Part shown: piece by piece, positions 30,110 to 38,531 of the stretch
Layout of the letters: each line of letters opens with the position of its first letter
How positions within the stretch are numbered: the first letter of the stretch is position 1
DNA from: an uncultured Actinomycetota bacterium
GTDB lineage: Bacteria > Actinomycetota > Actinomycetes > Mycobacteriales > SCTD01
Length of the DNA: 64,000 bases
Direction of reading: 5' to 3'
Assembly (NCBI GenBank): GCA_963762795.1
Contig: CAVXMC010000002.1
Location: 765,951-829,950, forward strand
The notes under the pieces: generated by a model
What the model saw: the letters and a program-made list of their open reading frames with translations, nothing else
Database searches by the model: none
Told to the model about the DNA's origin: nothing
Program-made: the position numbers and the translations under genes

Positions 30110-30754
30110 TCAGGCGAAGGCGGCGAGGCGCTTGGCCTCGACGCGCTCGGAGAGCGCCGGCGCGAGGCTGTCGGCCTCGGCGTCGCCGCAGGTGCGCAGC
30201 CAGGAGGCGAGCAGGACGTGACCGCCCTGGGTCAGCACCGACTCGGGGTGGAACTGCACGCCCTCGACCGGCTTGTCGCGGTGGCGCAGCGCCATGACGA
30301 CGCCGCCGGGGGTGCGGCCGGTGACCTCGAGCTCGTCCGGGACGGTGTCCTCCTCGACGGCGAGCGAGTGGTAGCGCGTCGCGGTGAACGGGTCGGGCAG
30401 GCCGGCCAGCACGCCGAGGCGGTCGTGGACGACCTCGCTGGTCTTGCCGTGCAGCAGCTCCGGGGCGCGCGAGACGACGGCGCCGTGCGCCACCGCGATG
30501 GCCTGGTGACCGAGGCACACACCGAGCAGCGGCAGCGACCGCTCCTCGGCCGCGTGCACCATGTCGATGGAGCAGCCTGCCTGCTCGGGCGTGCCCGGGC
30601 CCGGGGACAGCAGCACGCCGTCGAACCCGTCGAGGTCCTGCGGCCCCGTCTCGTCGTTGCGGTGCACGACGACGTCGGCGCCGAGCTGGCCGAGGTACTG
30701 CACGAGGTTGAAGACGAAGCTGTCGTAGTTGTCGACGACGAGGACGCGGGCCAC
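30110..30754 (-). CDS. trpG: anthranilate/aminodeoxychorismate synthase component II (class I glutamine amidotransferase)
   Basis: The ORF-track gives 214 aa: MARVLVVDNYDSFVFNLVQYL...LGVCLGHQ...VQFHPES, which contains the Cys-His-Glu triad. Confidence 0.85.
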   Translation of the reverse strand: MARVLVVDNYDSFVFNLVQYLGQLGADVVVHRNDETGPQDLDGFDGVLLSPGPGTPEQAGCSIDMVHAAEERSLPLLGVCLGHQAIAVAHGAVVSRAPELLHGKTSEVVHDRLGVLAGLPDPFTATRYHSLAVEEDTVPDELEVTGRTPGGVVMALRHRDKPVEGVQFHPESVLTQGGHVLLASWLRTCGDAEADSLAPALSERVEAKRLAAFA

Positions 30755-30763
30755 CCGACGAGG

Positions 30764-33204
30764 CTACGACGTCGGCGCGGCCGGGTCGTCCGGGTTCCGG
30801 CGGGGGCCCAGGTCCAGCGGCGGGACGGACGCCTTGCGGGCGGCCTTGCGCGGCGTGGCCTTGCGGGTCGCGCGGGCGTCGCAGTCAGTCGTCCGGCACC
30901 GCCGCCGCGCCCGGTGCGGCCGGCGTCGCGGTGACCCGTCTGCGGCGGCGGCCGGGCCGGGGTGTCGCAGGTCGGCGCGCCGCCTTGCGCGGCCGGGCCG
31001 GGGGCGTCGCGTCAGCCGCGGCCTTGCGTGCCCGCGTCGGTGCCGGGTCAGGTGCGGGCGCGGCCTTCCGCGCAGCGACCGGCGCGGCCTTCCGCGCCCG
31101 CGCCGGTGCCGGGTCACCCGTCGCCGCAGCCTTCCGCGGTGGCGTGGCCGTGCCCTCCGCAGCAGCCGCCTTGCGCGGGGCCGGCGCCGGCTCGACCGCC
31201 GCGGCCTTGCGCGGCCGGCCCGGCGGCCTTCGCCGGGTCGGTCGCAGCACGCGACCCGGACGGGGCCGCCTTCCGGGGCCGCGCCTTCCGCGGAGCCGGC
31301 GCGTCGACGGAGTCACCCGCCGTCAGCACGTCCCCGCCCGTCGCGTCCTGCGGCCGCGGGTCCTCCGCCGCCGCAGCCCCGACCGGAGCAGCCGGAGCGG
31401 CCCGGCGTACGCCCCCCGGCACCGACCCGGGCACCGGCTCGGCGGACGCCGCAGCCCGCGCCCGCTCCTCCTCGACCAGCACCCGACGCAGCACCTTGCC
31501 CACCGGCGTGCGTGGCAGCTCGGTGCGGAACTCCACCAGCTTCGGCACCTTGTAGGCGGTCAGCTCCACGGCGCAGTGCGCGACGACGTCCTCGGCCGAC
31601 ACGTCGGCGCCGGGGTGCAGCACGACGAAGGCCTTGACCGTCTCGCCGCGGTAGCGGTCGGGCACGCCGATCACGACGGCGTCCGCGACGCCGGGCAGGC
31701 GGAACAGGACCTCCTCGACCTCCGACGGGTAGATGTTGAACCCGCCGGCGATGATCAGCTCCTTCTTGCGGTCGACGATCGTGAAGTAGCCGTCGTCGTC
31801 CATGACCGCGACGTCACCGGTCAGCACGTAGCCGTCGTCGGTGAACACCCCCGACTGGTCGGGGCGGTTCCAGTAGCCGGTGAACACCTGCGGTCCGCGG
31901 ATGGCCAGCTCGCCGGGCGACCCGACCGGCACCTCCTGGCCGGCGTCGTCGACGACCGTGCACAGCGTCCCGGGGAGCGGCAGCCCGATCGAGCCGGGAC
32001 GCGAGGCGCCGACCGGGTTGGCGTGGGTCGACGGCGAGGTCTCGGTCATGCCGTAGCCCTCGATGAGCCGCGCACCGGTCAGCCGCTCGAACTGCGTCTG
32101 CACCTCGAGCGGCAGCTTCATCGCCCCGGAGACGCACAGGCGGATCGACGACAGGTCGTGCTGCTTGGCCTTGGGGCTGTCGGCCATCGCCTTGTAGATC
32201 GGCGGTACGCCCGGCAGCAGCGTCGGCTTGTGCGCGTCGATCGCGGCGAAGACCTGGTCGAGGTCGAACCGCGGCAGCAGCACGAGGGTGCCGCCGAGCA
32301 GCACGGTGTTGAGCATCGCGACCGTCAGGCCGTACGCGTGGAACAGCGGCAGGACACCGAGCGTGACCTCCTTGCCGGCGGTCGCGCCGGTGTCCCACAG
32401 CCGGTTCATGTACGTGTCGGCGACCAGGTTGTGGTGCGTGAGCATCGCGCCTCTGCTCGCCCCGGTCGTGCCGCCGGTGTACTGCAGCAGCGCGAGGTCG
32501 GTCTCCGGCTCGAGCGGGGTCTGCCGCTGGGCAGCGACGACCCCTTCAGCAGCGCGAGGAACTGGCGTACGGGCGCGCCCTTCGGCAGGACCGCCGAGAC
32601 CTGCGCGCGGGCCTTGCGCGCGGACGCCAGCGGCAGCCGCAGCTTGAGCTTCGCCACCGTCGGCAGGTAGTCGGTGAGGCTCGTGACGACGACCGTCTCG
32701 ACCGCCGTCTGCGGGCGGACCGCGGGCCACCGTCTCGTACACGCGGTCCAGGCAGACGACGACCTTGGCACCGCAGTCGGCGAGCTGGTGGCGCAGCTCG
32801 GTCTCGGTGTAGAGCGGGTTGTGCTGCACGACCACGGCGCCGAGGCGCAGCGCGGCGAACAGCGCGATGACGTTCTGCGGGCAGTTCGGCAGGACGATCG
32901 CGACCCGGTCGCCCTTGCGGACGCCAAGGCCGGCGAGCGCGCCGGCGAAGGAGTCGACCTGCTCCTTGAGCTGGCGGTAGGTCAGCGTCGTCCCCAGGAA
33001 CGCGAGCGCCGCGGTCGTCGGGAAGGACGCCGCCGCGTCGTCGAGCAGCCGCGTGACCGGCACCTTGGGGAAGGCGAAGTCCGCCGGCACGCCCTCGGGG
33101 TAGCTCGCGAGCCACGGACGGGAGGCGTACGGGGAGTCGGCTGCGGGAGCCACGGGAGGTCCTCCGGACAGGCGGGGCGGCGCGGGCGGGAGCGAGTGTG
33201 TCAC
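30764..33204 (-). CDS. long-chain acyl-CoA ligase (AMP-binding) with Arg/Lys/Ala/Pro-rich repeat tail (about four frame breaks)
   Basis: ORF 31114..33204 carries the AMP-binding motifs (LQYTGGTTGASRGAMLTHHN, GYGMTETS, GDVAVMDDDGYFTIVDRKKELI, PRTPVGKVLRR). Residues between ~32725 and ~32542 read correctly only in the frame of ORF 32406..32927 (VRPQTAVETVVVTSLTDYLPTVAKLKLRL...). The tail downstream of ~31480 carries RKA motifs that continue through three frames, with shifts near ~31215 and ~30885. Confidence 0.7.
30835..31290 (-). repeat. array of about 13 R-K-A(A) codon motifs (CGNAAGGC) in the ligase tail
   Basis: The plus-strand strings GCCTTGCG or GCCTTCCG recur. The AAG first bases lie at 31287, 31272 and 31230 (frame A); 31208, 31172, 31133, 31091, 31067, 31025 and 30986 (frame B); and 30862, 30847 and 30835 (frame C). 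Confidence 0.7.
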
Positions 33205-33223
33205 GCGCGACAGCCGCCGGAGG

Positions 33224-33397
33224 TCAGCCGCCGGGAGTCCCCGTGCCGACGTTGACGTCGTTGTAGGGGAGCAGCTCCTCGACCCGCGGGAAGACGACGA
33301 GGAGCAGCAGCGCGACGACCGCGAGCAGGAGCAGCAGGGCGATCAGCAGCCGCACCGGGAGGGGGCCGGGCAGCGCGCGCCAGAGCCAGCCGTACAT
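33224..33397 (-). CDS. small membrane protein (57 aa) downstream of sortase
   Basis: The sequence is MYGWLWRALPGPLPVRLLIALLLLLAVVALLLLVVFPRVEELLPYNDVNVGTGTPGG. It forms the tail of ORF 33224..33988. Its ATG shares one base with the sortase TGA (TGATG). One TM helix is present. Confidence 0.5.
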   Translation of the reverse strand: MYGWLWRALPGPLPVRLLIALLLLLAVVALLLLVVFPRVEELLPYNDVNVGTGTPGG

Positions 33398-34080
33398 CAG
33401 GCCTCCGTCAGCGCGGCCGGCAGCCGACCGGCGACCTTGGGACCGCCGCCCTGCAGCCGGGCCTGGACGACCATGCGCTGGCGGGCGGAGTACTTCGGGT
33501 TGCAGGTGGTCAGCGTCAGCAGCCGCTGGTTCGGCGCGATGCCGGGGCGTCCGGGCACGGGGAACGTGACCTCCACCTGGTCGGGGCGGACGATGAGCGT
33601 GCCGGTGACGCGGTAGGTGAACCAGCTGTCGCGCGTCTCGACCACGAGCGCGTCGCCGGGCCGCAGCTCGCCGAGGTCGCCGAAGGGTGCGCCGTACGTC
33701 GTGCGGTGGCCGCTGAAGACCGTGTTGCCGATCTCGCCGGGCAGCGCCGTGCCGGGGTAGTGGCCGGGGCCGCGCTTGAGGTCGTCGACGTCGACGCCCT
33801 CGAGCACCACCTTGCGCCAGCTCTCGCCGAGCCGTGGAGCGCGGATCACGGCGAGCGCGCTGCCGATGTCGGGGACCGGCTTTGCGCCGCCGGCGTTGGC
33901 GGAGACCGCGGCCGGCTCGGCCCAGCTGCGCGCCAGCTCGTCGCTCAGCGCGTCCTGCTGCCGGCCGGTGTAGAGGTTGGTGAACCACAGCTCGTACGCG
34001 CAGAACAGCAGCGTCACCAGGCCGAGCGTGATGAGCAGCTCGCCGGTCGTGCGCACGACGGTGCGCAGGCGGTCAGCCAC
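33397..34080 (-). CDS. class E sortase
   Basis: The ORF-track gives 227 aa with an N-terminal TM anchor. The catalytic motifs GHRTTYGAPF and LTLTTCNP (TLxTC) and the downstream Arg are present. Confidence 0.9.
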   Translation of the reverse strand: MADRLRTVVRTTGELLITLGLVTLLFCAYELWFTNLYTGRQQDALSDELARSWAEPAAVSANAGGAKPVPDIGSALAVIRAPRLGESWRKVVLEGVDVDDLKRGPGHYPGTALPGEIGNTVFSGHRTTYGAPFGDLGELRPGDALVVETRDSWFTYRVTGTLIVRPDQVEVTFPVPGRPGIAPNQRLLTLTTCNPKYSARQRMVVQARLQGGGPKVAGRLPAALTEA

Positions 34081-34813
34081 CGGTCGACACCGGCAGCTCG
34101 AGCGGCCCGTCGTAGGCCGGCAGCACCGTGCTGTCGGCCTGGGTCACGTCGTAGCCCAGGCCGAACCGCTGCACGAACTCGAGGAAGACGCGTACGCCGG
34201 GCTCGGCGTCCAGCGCGGCGCGCATGCCGGCGGGGTCGCCGACCGCGGTGATGACGAACGGCGGGCTGTAGACGCGGCCGTGCAGGATCAGGGTGTTGCC
34301 CACGCAGCGCACCGCGCTGGTCGACACGACCCGCTCGCCCATGAGCGTCATGGCCTCGGCCCCACCGCTCCACAGCGCGTTGACGACGGCCTGCACGTCC
34401 TGCTGGTGCACGACCAGGTCGTCCGGTCGCGGCACGTCGGCGGGGCGGTCGTCCAGGGTGTCCGACGGCTCGTCGGCGCCGGTGGGGGCGTCGTCCATGC
34501 TGACCGTGAGGGACGGGCCCTGCACGGCGGTCAGCCCCGCCGCGGTCTCCACCTCGGCCGCCTGGCGCTGCGCCGCGGCGACCCGGCTGTCGCCTGCGGC
34601 GGCGGAGCCGGCTGCCCGGGCCACCTCGGCCCTCAGCGCCGCGGCGGTGGCCTCCTGCTCGGCGACCTGCCGCTGCTCCTCGCGGATCAGCTCGGTCAGC
34701 TGCAGGCGTCGCCCGCTGCGCAGCTCGGTGCCGTCGGCGGTGCTCGCGCTCGTCGCGAACAGCAGCCCGGCCAGCAGGGCGGTCACGGAGACCAGCACCC
34801 GCACCTGCGACAC
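34073..34813 (-). CDS. DUF881 domain membrane protein
   Basis: This is ORF 34073..34846. I prefer the GTG at 34813 (VSQVRVLVSV), which is preceded by GAAGGGG. The protein has a TM helix, a coiled segment and the conserved C-terminal ...NALWSGGAEAM...RCVGNTL...PPFVI.AVGD. Confidence 0.8.
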   Translation of the reverse strand: MSQVRVLVSVTALLAGLLFATSASTADGTELRSGRRLQLTELIREEQRQVAEQEATAAALRAEVARAAGSAAAGDSRVAAAQRQAAEVETAAGLTAVQGPSLTVSMDDAPTGADEPSDTLDDRPADVPRPDDLVVHQQDVQAVVNALWSGGAEAMTLMGERVVSTSAVRCVGNTLILHGRVYSPPFVITAVGDPAGMRAALDAEPGVRVFLEFVQRFGLGYDVTQADSTVLPAYDGPLELPVSTGG

Positions 34814-34835
34814 CCCTTCACGCTGAGGTCCTCGG

Positions 34836-34854
34836 CAGGACGGCACCCGTCCTG
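34836..34854. promoter_or_regulatory. 8-bp stem / 3-nt loop palindrome in the DUF881-crgA divergent region
   Basis: The element reads CAGGACGG-CAC-CCGTCCTG. A TACGCT -10-like hexamer follows upstream of crgA. Confidence 0.3.
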
Positions 34855-34920
34855 GAGGGCACGGCCAGCGGACCCCGCCCGTTACGCTAACTGCTCCGCC
34901 CGAACCCTGGAGACCTCACC

Positions 34921-35175
34921 GTGCCCGAGTCCAAGAAGCGGAAGACCGCGACCGCGCGACCTGCCGCGACCGCCACGCCGAAGAAGAAGGGCCCGAGCCC
35001 GGTCTGGCTCGCGCCCGTCATGCTGGCGATGTTCGCGCTCGGGATCCTGTGGCTGGTCGTCTTCTACCTGGCCAACGGCGACATGCCGATCCTGCCCGAC
35101 CTGCAGAACTGGCACCTGCTCATCGGCTTCGGGTTCATCGTCGCGGGGTTCGGCCTCAGCACGCAGTGGCGCTGA
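34921..35175 (+). CDS. crgA: cell division protein CrgA
   Basis: The ORF-track gives 84 aa. A basic N-terminus (MPESKKRKTA...) is followed by two TM helices, and the protein ends ...GFGLSTQWR. Confidence 0.9.
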   Translation: MPESKKRKTATARPAATATPKKKGPSPVWLAPVMLAMFALGILWLVVFYLANGDMPILPDLQNWHLLIGFGFIVAGFGLSTQWR

Positions 35176-35245
35176 CCTGCGGTCATGTGGTGCGTGAGCG
35201 CACGGTGACAGCCCAGATCACACCGCTGTAGTTCATCCCCAGCAG

Positions 35246-35263
35246 TTGTCCACACTGTGGACG
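35246..35263. promoter_or_regulatory. head-to-head DnaA-box pair (TTGTCCACA / CTGTGGACG)
   Basis: A perfect actinobacterial consensus 9-mer TTGTCCACA abuts an inverted near-consensus box. Together they form GTCCACA-C-TGTGGAC. Confidence 0.5.
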
Positions 35264-35344
35264 ACGGGGACGTGGTCCCCGGTCGCAGACCACTCACACC
35301 TGGCGTCGGCACGACAGCGCTCCACCTGGAGCCGAGCAGCAGAA

Positions 35345-35376
35345 CGGCCCGGCCCCCCGCGAGGGGGACCGGGCCG
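35345..35376. terminator. GC-rich hairpin between convergent crgA and thiolase
   Basis: CGGCCCGGCCCCC-CGCGA-GGGGG(A)CCGGGCCG forms a 13-bp stem with one bulged A. It lies 16 nt after the thiolase stop. A GUUCUGCUGCU stretch follows on the minus strand. No clean U-tract is present. Confidence 0.55.
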
Positions 35377-35391
35377 TACGTGCAGGTGGGG

Positions 35392-36534
35392 CTAGAGCAG
35401 CTCGAGGATGGTGGCGTTGGCCTGGCCGCCGCCCTCGCACATGGTCTGCAGGCCGTAGCGGATGCCGTTGTCGCGCATGTGGTGCACCAGCGTCGTCATG
35501 AGGCGCGCGCCGGAGCCGCCGAGCGGGTGGCCGAGGGCGATGGCGCCGCCGTTCGGGTTGACCGTCTTGTCGTCGGCGCCGATGTCCTTGAGCCACGCCA
35601 TCGGGACCGAGGCGAAGGCCTCGTTGACCTCGTAGGCACCGATGTCGTTGACGCCCAGGCCCGACTTGGCGAAGGCCTTCTCGGTGGCCGGCATCGGCGC
35701 GTGCAGCATCGGCATGGGGGCGACGCCCGCGAGCGCGCCGGTGTGGAAGCGCGCGATCGGCGTGAGGCCGAGCTGGGCGGCCTTCTCGCTCGTCATGATG
35801 AGCAGCGCGGCCGAGCCGTCGGAGATCTGCGAGGAGTTGGCCGCCGTGATCTTGCCGTCCGGCTTGAAGGCGGGCTTGAGGCCGGCCATCTTCTCCATGC
35901 TGCCGCCGCGGCGGACACCCTCGTCGTGCTCGATGAGCACGCCGTCGGGGTTGGTGATCGGGAGCGATCTGGGCGGCGAAGCGGCCCTCGTCGATGGCGG
36001 ACGCGGCGCGCTCGTGCGAGCGGAGCGCGAACTCGTCCATCTGCTCGCGGGAGAAGCCCCAGGGGTCGGCGATGTCCTCGGCGCCGACGCCCTGGTTCGG
36101 GAAGTCGCTGCCGTAGCGCTCCTGGTAGGCCGGGCCGAGGGGGCTGGCGGTGAAGGCCGAGCCCATCGGGGTGCGCGACATGACCTCGACGCCACCGGCG
36201 ACGGCGATGTCGTACTGCCCGGCGATGACGCCCGCGGCGGCGAAGTGCACGGCCTGCTGCGAGGAGCCGCACTGGCGGTCGACGGTGGTGCCGGGGACCG
36301 ACTCGGGCCAGCCGGCCGACAGCACGGCGGTACGGGCGATGTCGAAGGTCTGCTCGCCGATCTGGCTCACGCAACCCCAGATGACGTCGTCGACGAGGGC
36401 CGGGTCGACCCGGTGCGCTCGACGAGGGCGCGCAGGACGTGGGCCGACAGGTCGGCGGCGTGGATGCCGGACAGGCCCCCGTTCCGCTTGCCGGTGGGGG
36501 TGCGGACGGCTTCGACGATGACGGCATCGCGCAT
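35392..36534 (-). CDS. acetyl-CoA C-acyltransferase (thiolase) (two frame breaks, near 36410 and 35959)
   Basis: The N-terminus MRDAVIVEAVRTPTGKRNGGL lies in ORF 36367..36669. The middle (DPALVDDVIWGCVSQ...VDRQCGSSQQA...) lies in ORF 35294..36931. The C-terminus (ITNPDGVLIEHDEG...NEAFA...GGAIALGHPLGGSG...CEGGGQANA) lies in ORF 35392..36195. The first junction lacks a G in a G-run and the second has one extra base. Confidence 0.85.
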
Positions 36535-36662
36535 GGGGACTCCTGGTCTGTGTGAACAGCGATTCACAGGAGAGTACGACGGGGTGACGCCCGTTCCTGC
36601 TGTGCCCCGCGTCACAGCAGGCACCCAGCAAGGGCGCCGTCGCGGCCCTGCTGGTCCTGGCC

Positions 36663-36989
36663 GTGGCACTCGCCGTGGTCGCGGTGCTGAGCGACGCCGC
36701 CGGGCAGCTGCTCGCCGTGCCGGCCGCCCTGGTCGCCCTCGCGCTGGCTGTGCGCGACGCCGTGCTGCGACCGGTGCTCGAGGCCGGCCCGGACGGGCTG
36801 ACCGCGGTGCAGGGCGTGCGCCGGCACACCGCCCGCTGGGACCAGGTCGCGGCGCTGCGCGTGGTCACCGACCGGCGCGCACCGCTGCTCGAGATCGACC
36901 TCGACGACCGGGTGCTGCTGCTCTCGCGCAACCGGCTCGGCCGCTCACCGCACGCAGTGCTCGAGGAGCTGCAGGCCGTACGCGTCTAG
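36663..36989 (+). CDS. PH-domain-like small membrane protein (positional counterpart of mycobacterial Rv0010c)
   Basis: The ORF-track gives 108 aa. A hydrophobic N-terminus is followed by ...RPVLEAGPDGLTAV.G.RRHTARWDQVAALRVV...LLEIDLDD.VLLLSRNRLG. An upstream in-frame hydrophobic stretch without a start codon suggests the real start is further 5'. Confidence 0.5.
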   Translation: MALAVVAVLSDAAGQLLAVPAALVALALAVRDAVLRPVLEAGPDGLTAVQGVRRHTARWDQVAALRVVTDRRAPLLEIDLDDRVLLLSRNRLGRSPHAVLEELQAVRV

Positions 36990-37768
36990 GTCAGCTGGGC
37001 CGTGCGCGCTACGACGACGACCGCGAGCAGCAGCGCGACCGCGGCGCAGCCGAGCCCCTGCAGCAGCGACCGCCGCGGGCCGGGCGGCACGCTGACCAGC
37101 ACGATCGCGACGACCGCACCGCCGACCAGGCCGCCGAGGTGGCCGCGCACGTCGATGTTGGGGATCGTGAACGTCAACACCAGGTTGATGCCGAGCAGCA
37201 CGAGGAACTGCTGCGCGCCGTTGCCGCCGCGCCGGCGCTCCAGGACGTACGCCGCGGAGAAGAGCCCGAAGATGGCACCCGATGCGCCTGCGGCCAGCTG
37301 CACGTCGGGACCGAAGGCGTACGACGCCGTGGTGCCGGCGATGCCGGACAGCAGGTAGAGCGCGAGGAAGCGCACGCGCCCCAGCGCAGCCTCGAGCAGC
37401 GGGCCGAGCTGGAGCAGCGCGAGCATGTTGAGCAGGACGTGGATGAAGCCGAAGTGCAGGAACGTCGCTGTGAGCAGCCGCCAGTACTGCCCCTGCGCCA
37501 CGCCGTCGACCGGGCCGATGTCCTGGAAGGTCACCGCGGTCGGCAGCAGGGCCAGCCGGGCGTAGAGCGGCGACTCGCCACCGCCGAAGCCGAGGCTGCT
37601 GCCGCCCAGCGCCGTGGCCAGGAAGACCACCACGTTGATCCCGATCAGCGTGATGGTGACCCGCGCCGGGTTGTCGGTCAGCCGGCCGCCGAACGTCGTC
37701 CGGGCCTGCCGGACCGTGCCGGAGCGGGCGTCGTCGGGGCACTGGAAGCCGACCGACGCCGCCACCAT
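36986..37768 (-). CDS. rhomboid family intramembrane serine protease
   Basis: The ORF-track gives 260 aa. The motifs WRLLTATFLHFGFIHLLLNM and GASGAIFGL (catalytic Ser) and a downstream His are present. A Cys-rich segment (CYRHPDRETYVRCTRCDRPICPDC) continues in frame upstream of the annotated Met, so the true start is probably 5' of 37768. Confidence 0.85.
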   Translation of the reverse strand: MVAASVGFQCPDDARSGTVRQARTTFGGRLTDNPARVTITLIGINVVVFLATALGGSSLGFGGGESPLYARLALLPTAVTFQDIGPVDGVAQGQYWRLLTATFLHFGFIHVLLNMLALLQLGPLLEAALGRVRFLALYLLSGIAGTTASYAFGPDVQLAAGASGAIFGLFSAAYVLERRRGGNGAQQFLVLLGINLVLTFTIPNIDVRGHLGGLVGGAVVAIVLVSVPPGPRRSLLQGLGCAAVALLLAVVVVARTAQLT

Positions 37769-37872
37769 GCAGTCCGGGCAGATCGGCCGGTCGCACCGCG
37801 TGCAGCGGACGTAGGTCTCCCGGTCAGGGTGGCGGTAGCAGACGGGTGGTGCGGCTACCGGGTCGGGCTGGG

Positions 37873-38403
37873 TCAGGACTCGACCTGCTCGACGTCGATC
37901 GTCTCGATGACCACGTCGGTGGTCGGGCGGTCCATCCGGCCGGTCGCCGTGGTCGCGATGGCGTCGACCACGTCGCGGCCGGCCTGGTCGGCGACCTCAC
38001 CGAAGATGGTGTGCTTGCGGTTCAGGTGCGGCGTCGGGCCGACGGTGATGAAGAACTGCGAGCCGTTGGTGCCGGGGCCCGCGTTGGCCATCGCCAGCAG
38101 GTAGGGGCGGTCGAAGACCAGCTCGGGGTGGAACTCGTCGGCGAAGCGGTAGCCCGGGCCACCGGTGCCGGTGCCGAGCGGGTCGCCGCCCTGGATCATG
38201 AAGCCGTTGATGACGCGGTGGAAGACCGTGCCGGCGTAGAGCGGGCCCTCGCCCTTGGCGCCGGTGCGCGGGTCGGTCCACTCGCCGGTGCCGTCGGCCA
38301 GGCCGACGAAGTTGCGCACCGTCTTCGGCGCGTGGTCGGGCAGCAGGCGCACGCGGATCGGTCCGAGGGTGGTGTTCAGGGTGGCGTACAGCTCGGTGGC
38401 CAC
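37873..38403 (-). CDS. ppiA: peptidyl-prolyl cis-trans isomerase, cyclophilin type
   Basis: This is ORF 37873..38514 from the GTG giving VATELYATLNTTLG. The cyclophilin motifs FHRVINGFMIQGGDP...LAMANAGPGTNGSQFFI are present. Confidence 0.9.
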   Translation of the reverse strand: MATELYATLNTTLGPIRVRLLPDHAPKTVRNFVGLADGTGEWTDPRTGAKGEGPLYAGTVFHRVINGFMIQGGDPLGTGTGGPGYRFADEFHPELVFDRPYLLAMANAGPGTNGSQFFITVGPTPHLNRKHTIFGEVADQAGRDVVDAIATTATGRMDRPTTDVVIETIDVEQVES

Positions 38404-38531
38404 AGGGCTCCGTCCGGGTCGGGGGTGTCGAGAGGGGGTAGTTCGCGCTGAGGACCAGTCTCCCACGGGCGGTGGGAGGCTGCCTCCAGCCCCGTCATGC
38501 CCAGCAGCCGTCATGCCCAGCAGGAGGACAC

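Noticed and set aside
29883-30221. This is a 112-aa ORF covering the pknB-trpG spacer.
   Set aside because: The translation is low-complexity, with no start context or family resemblance. The region is better explained by the inverted repeats.
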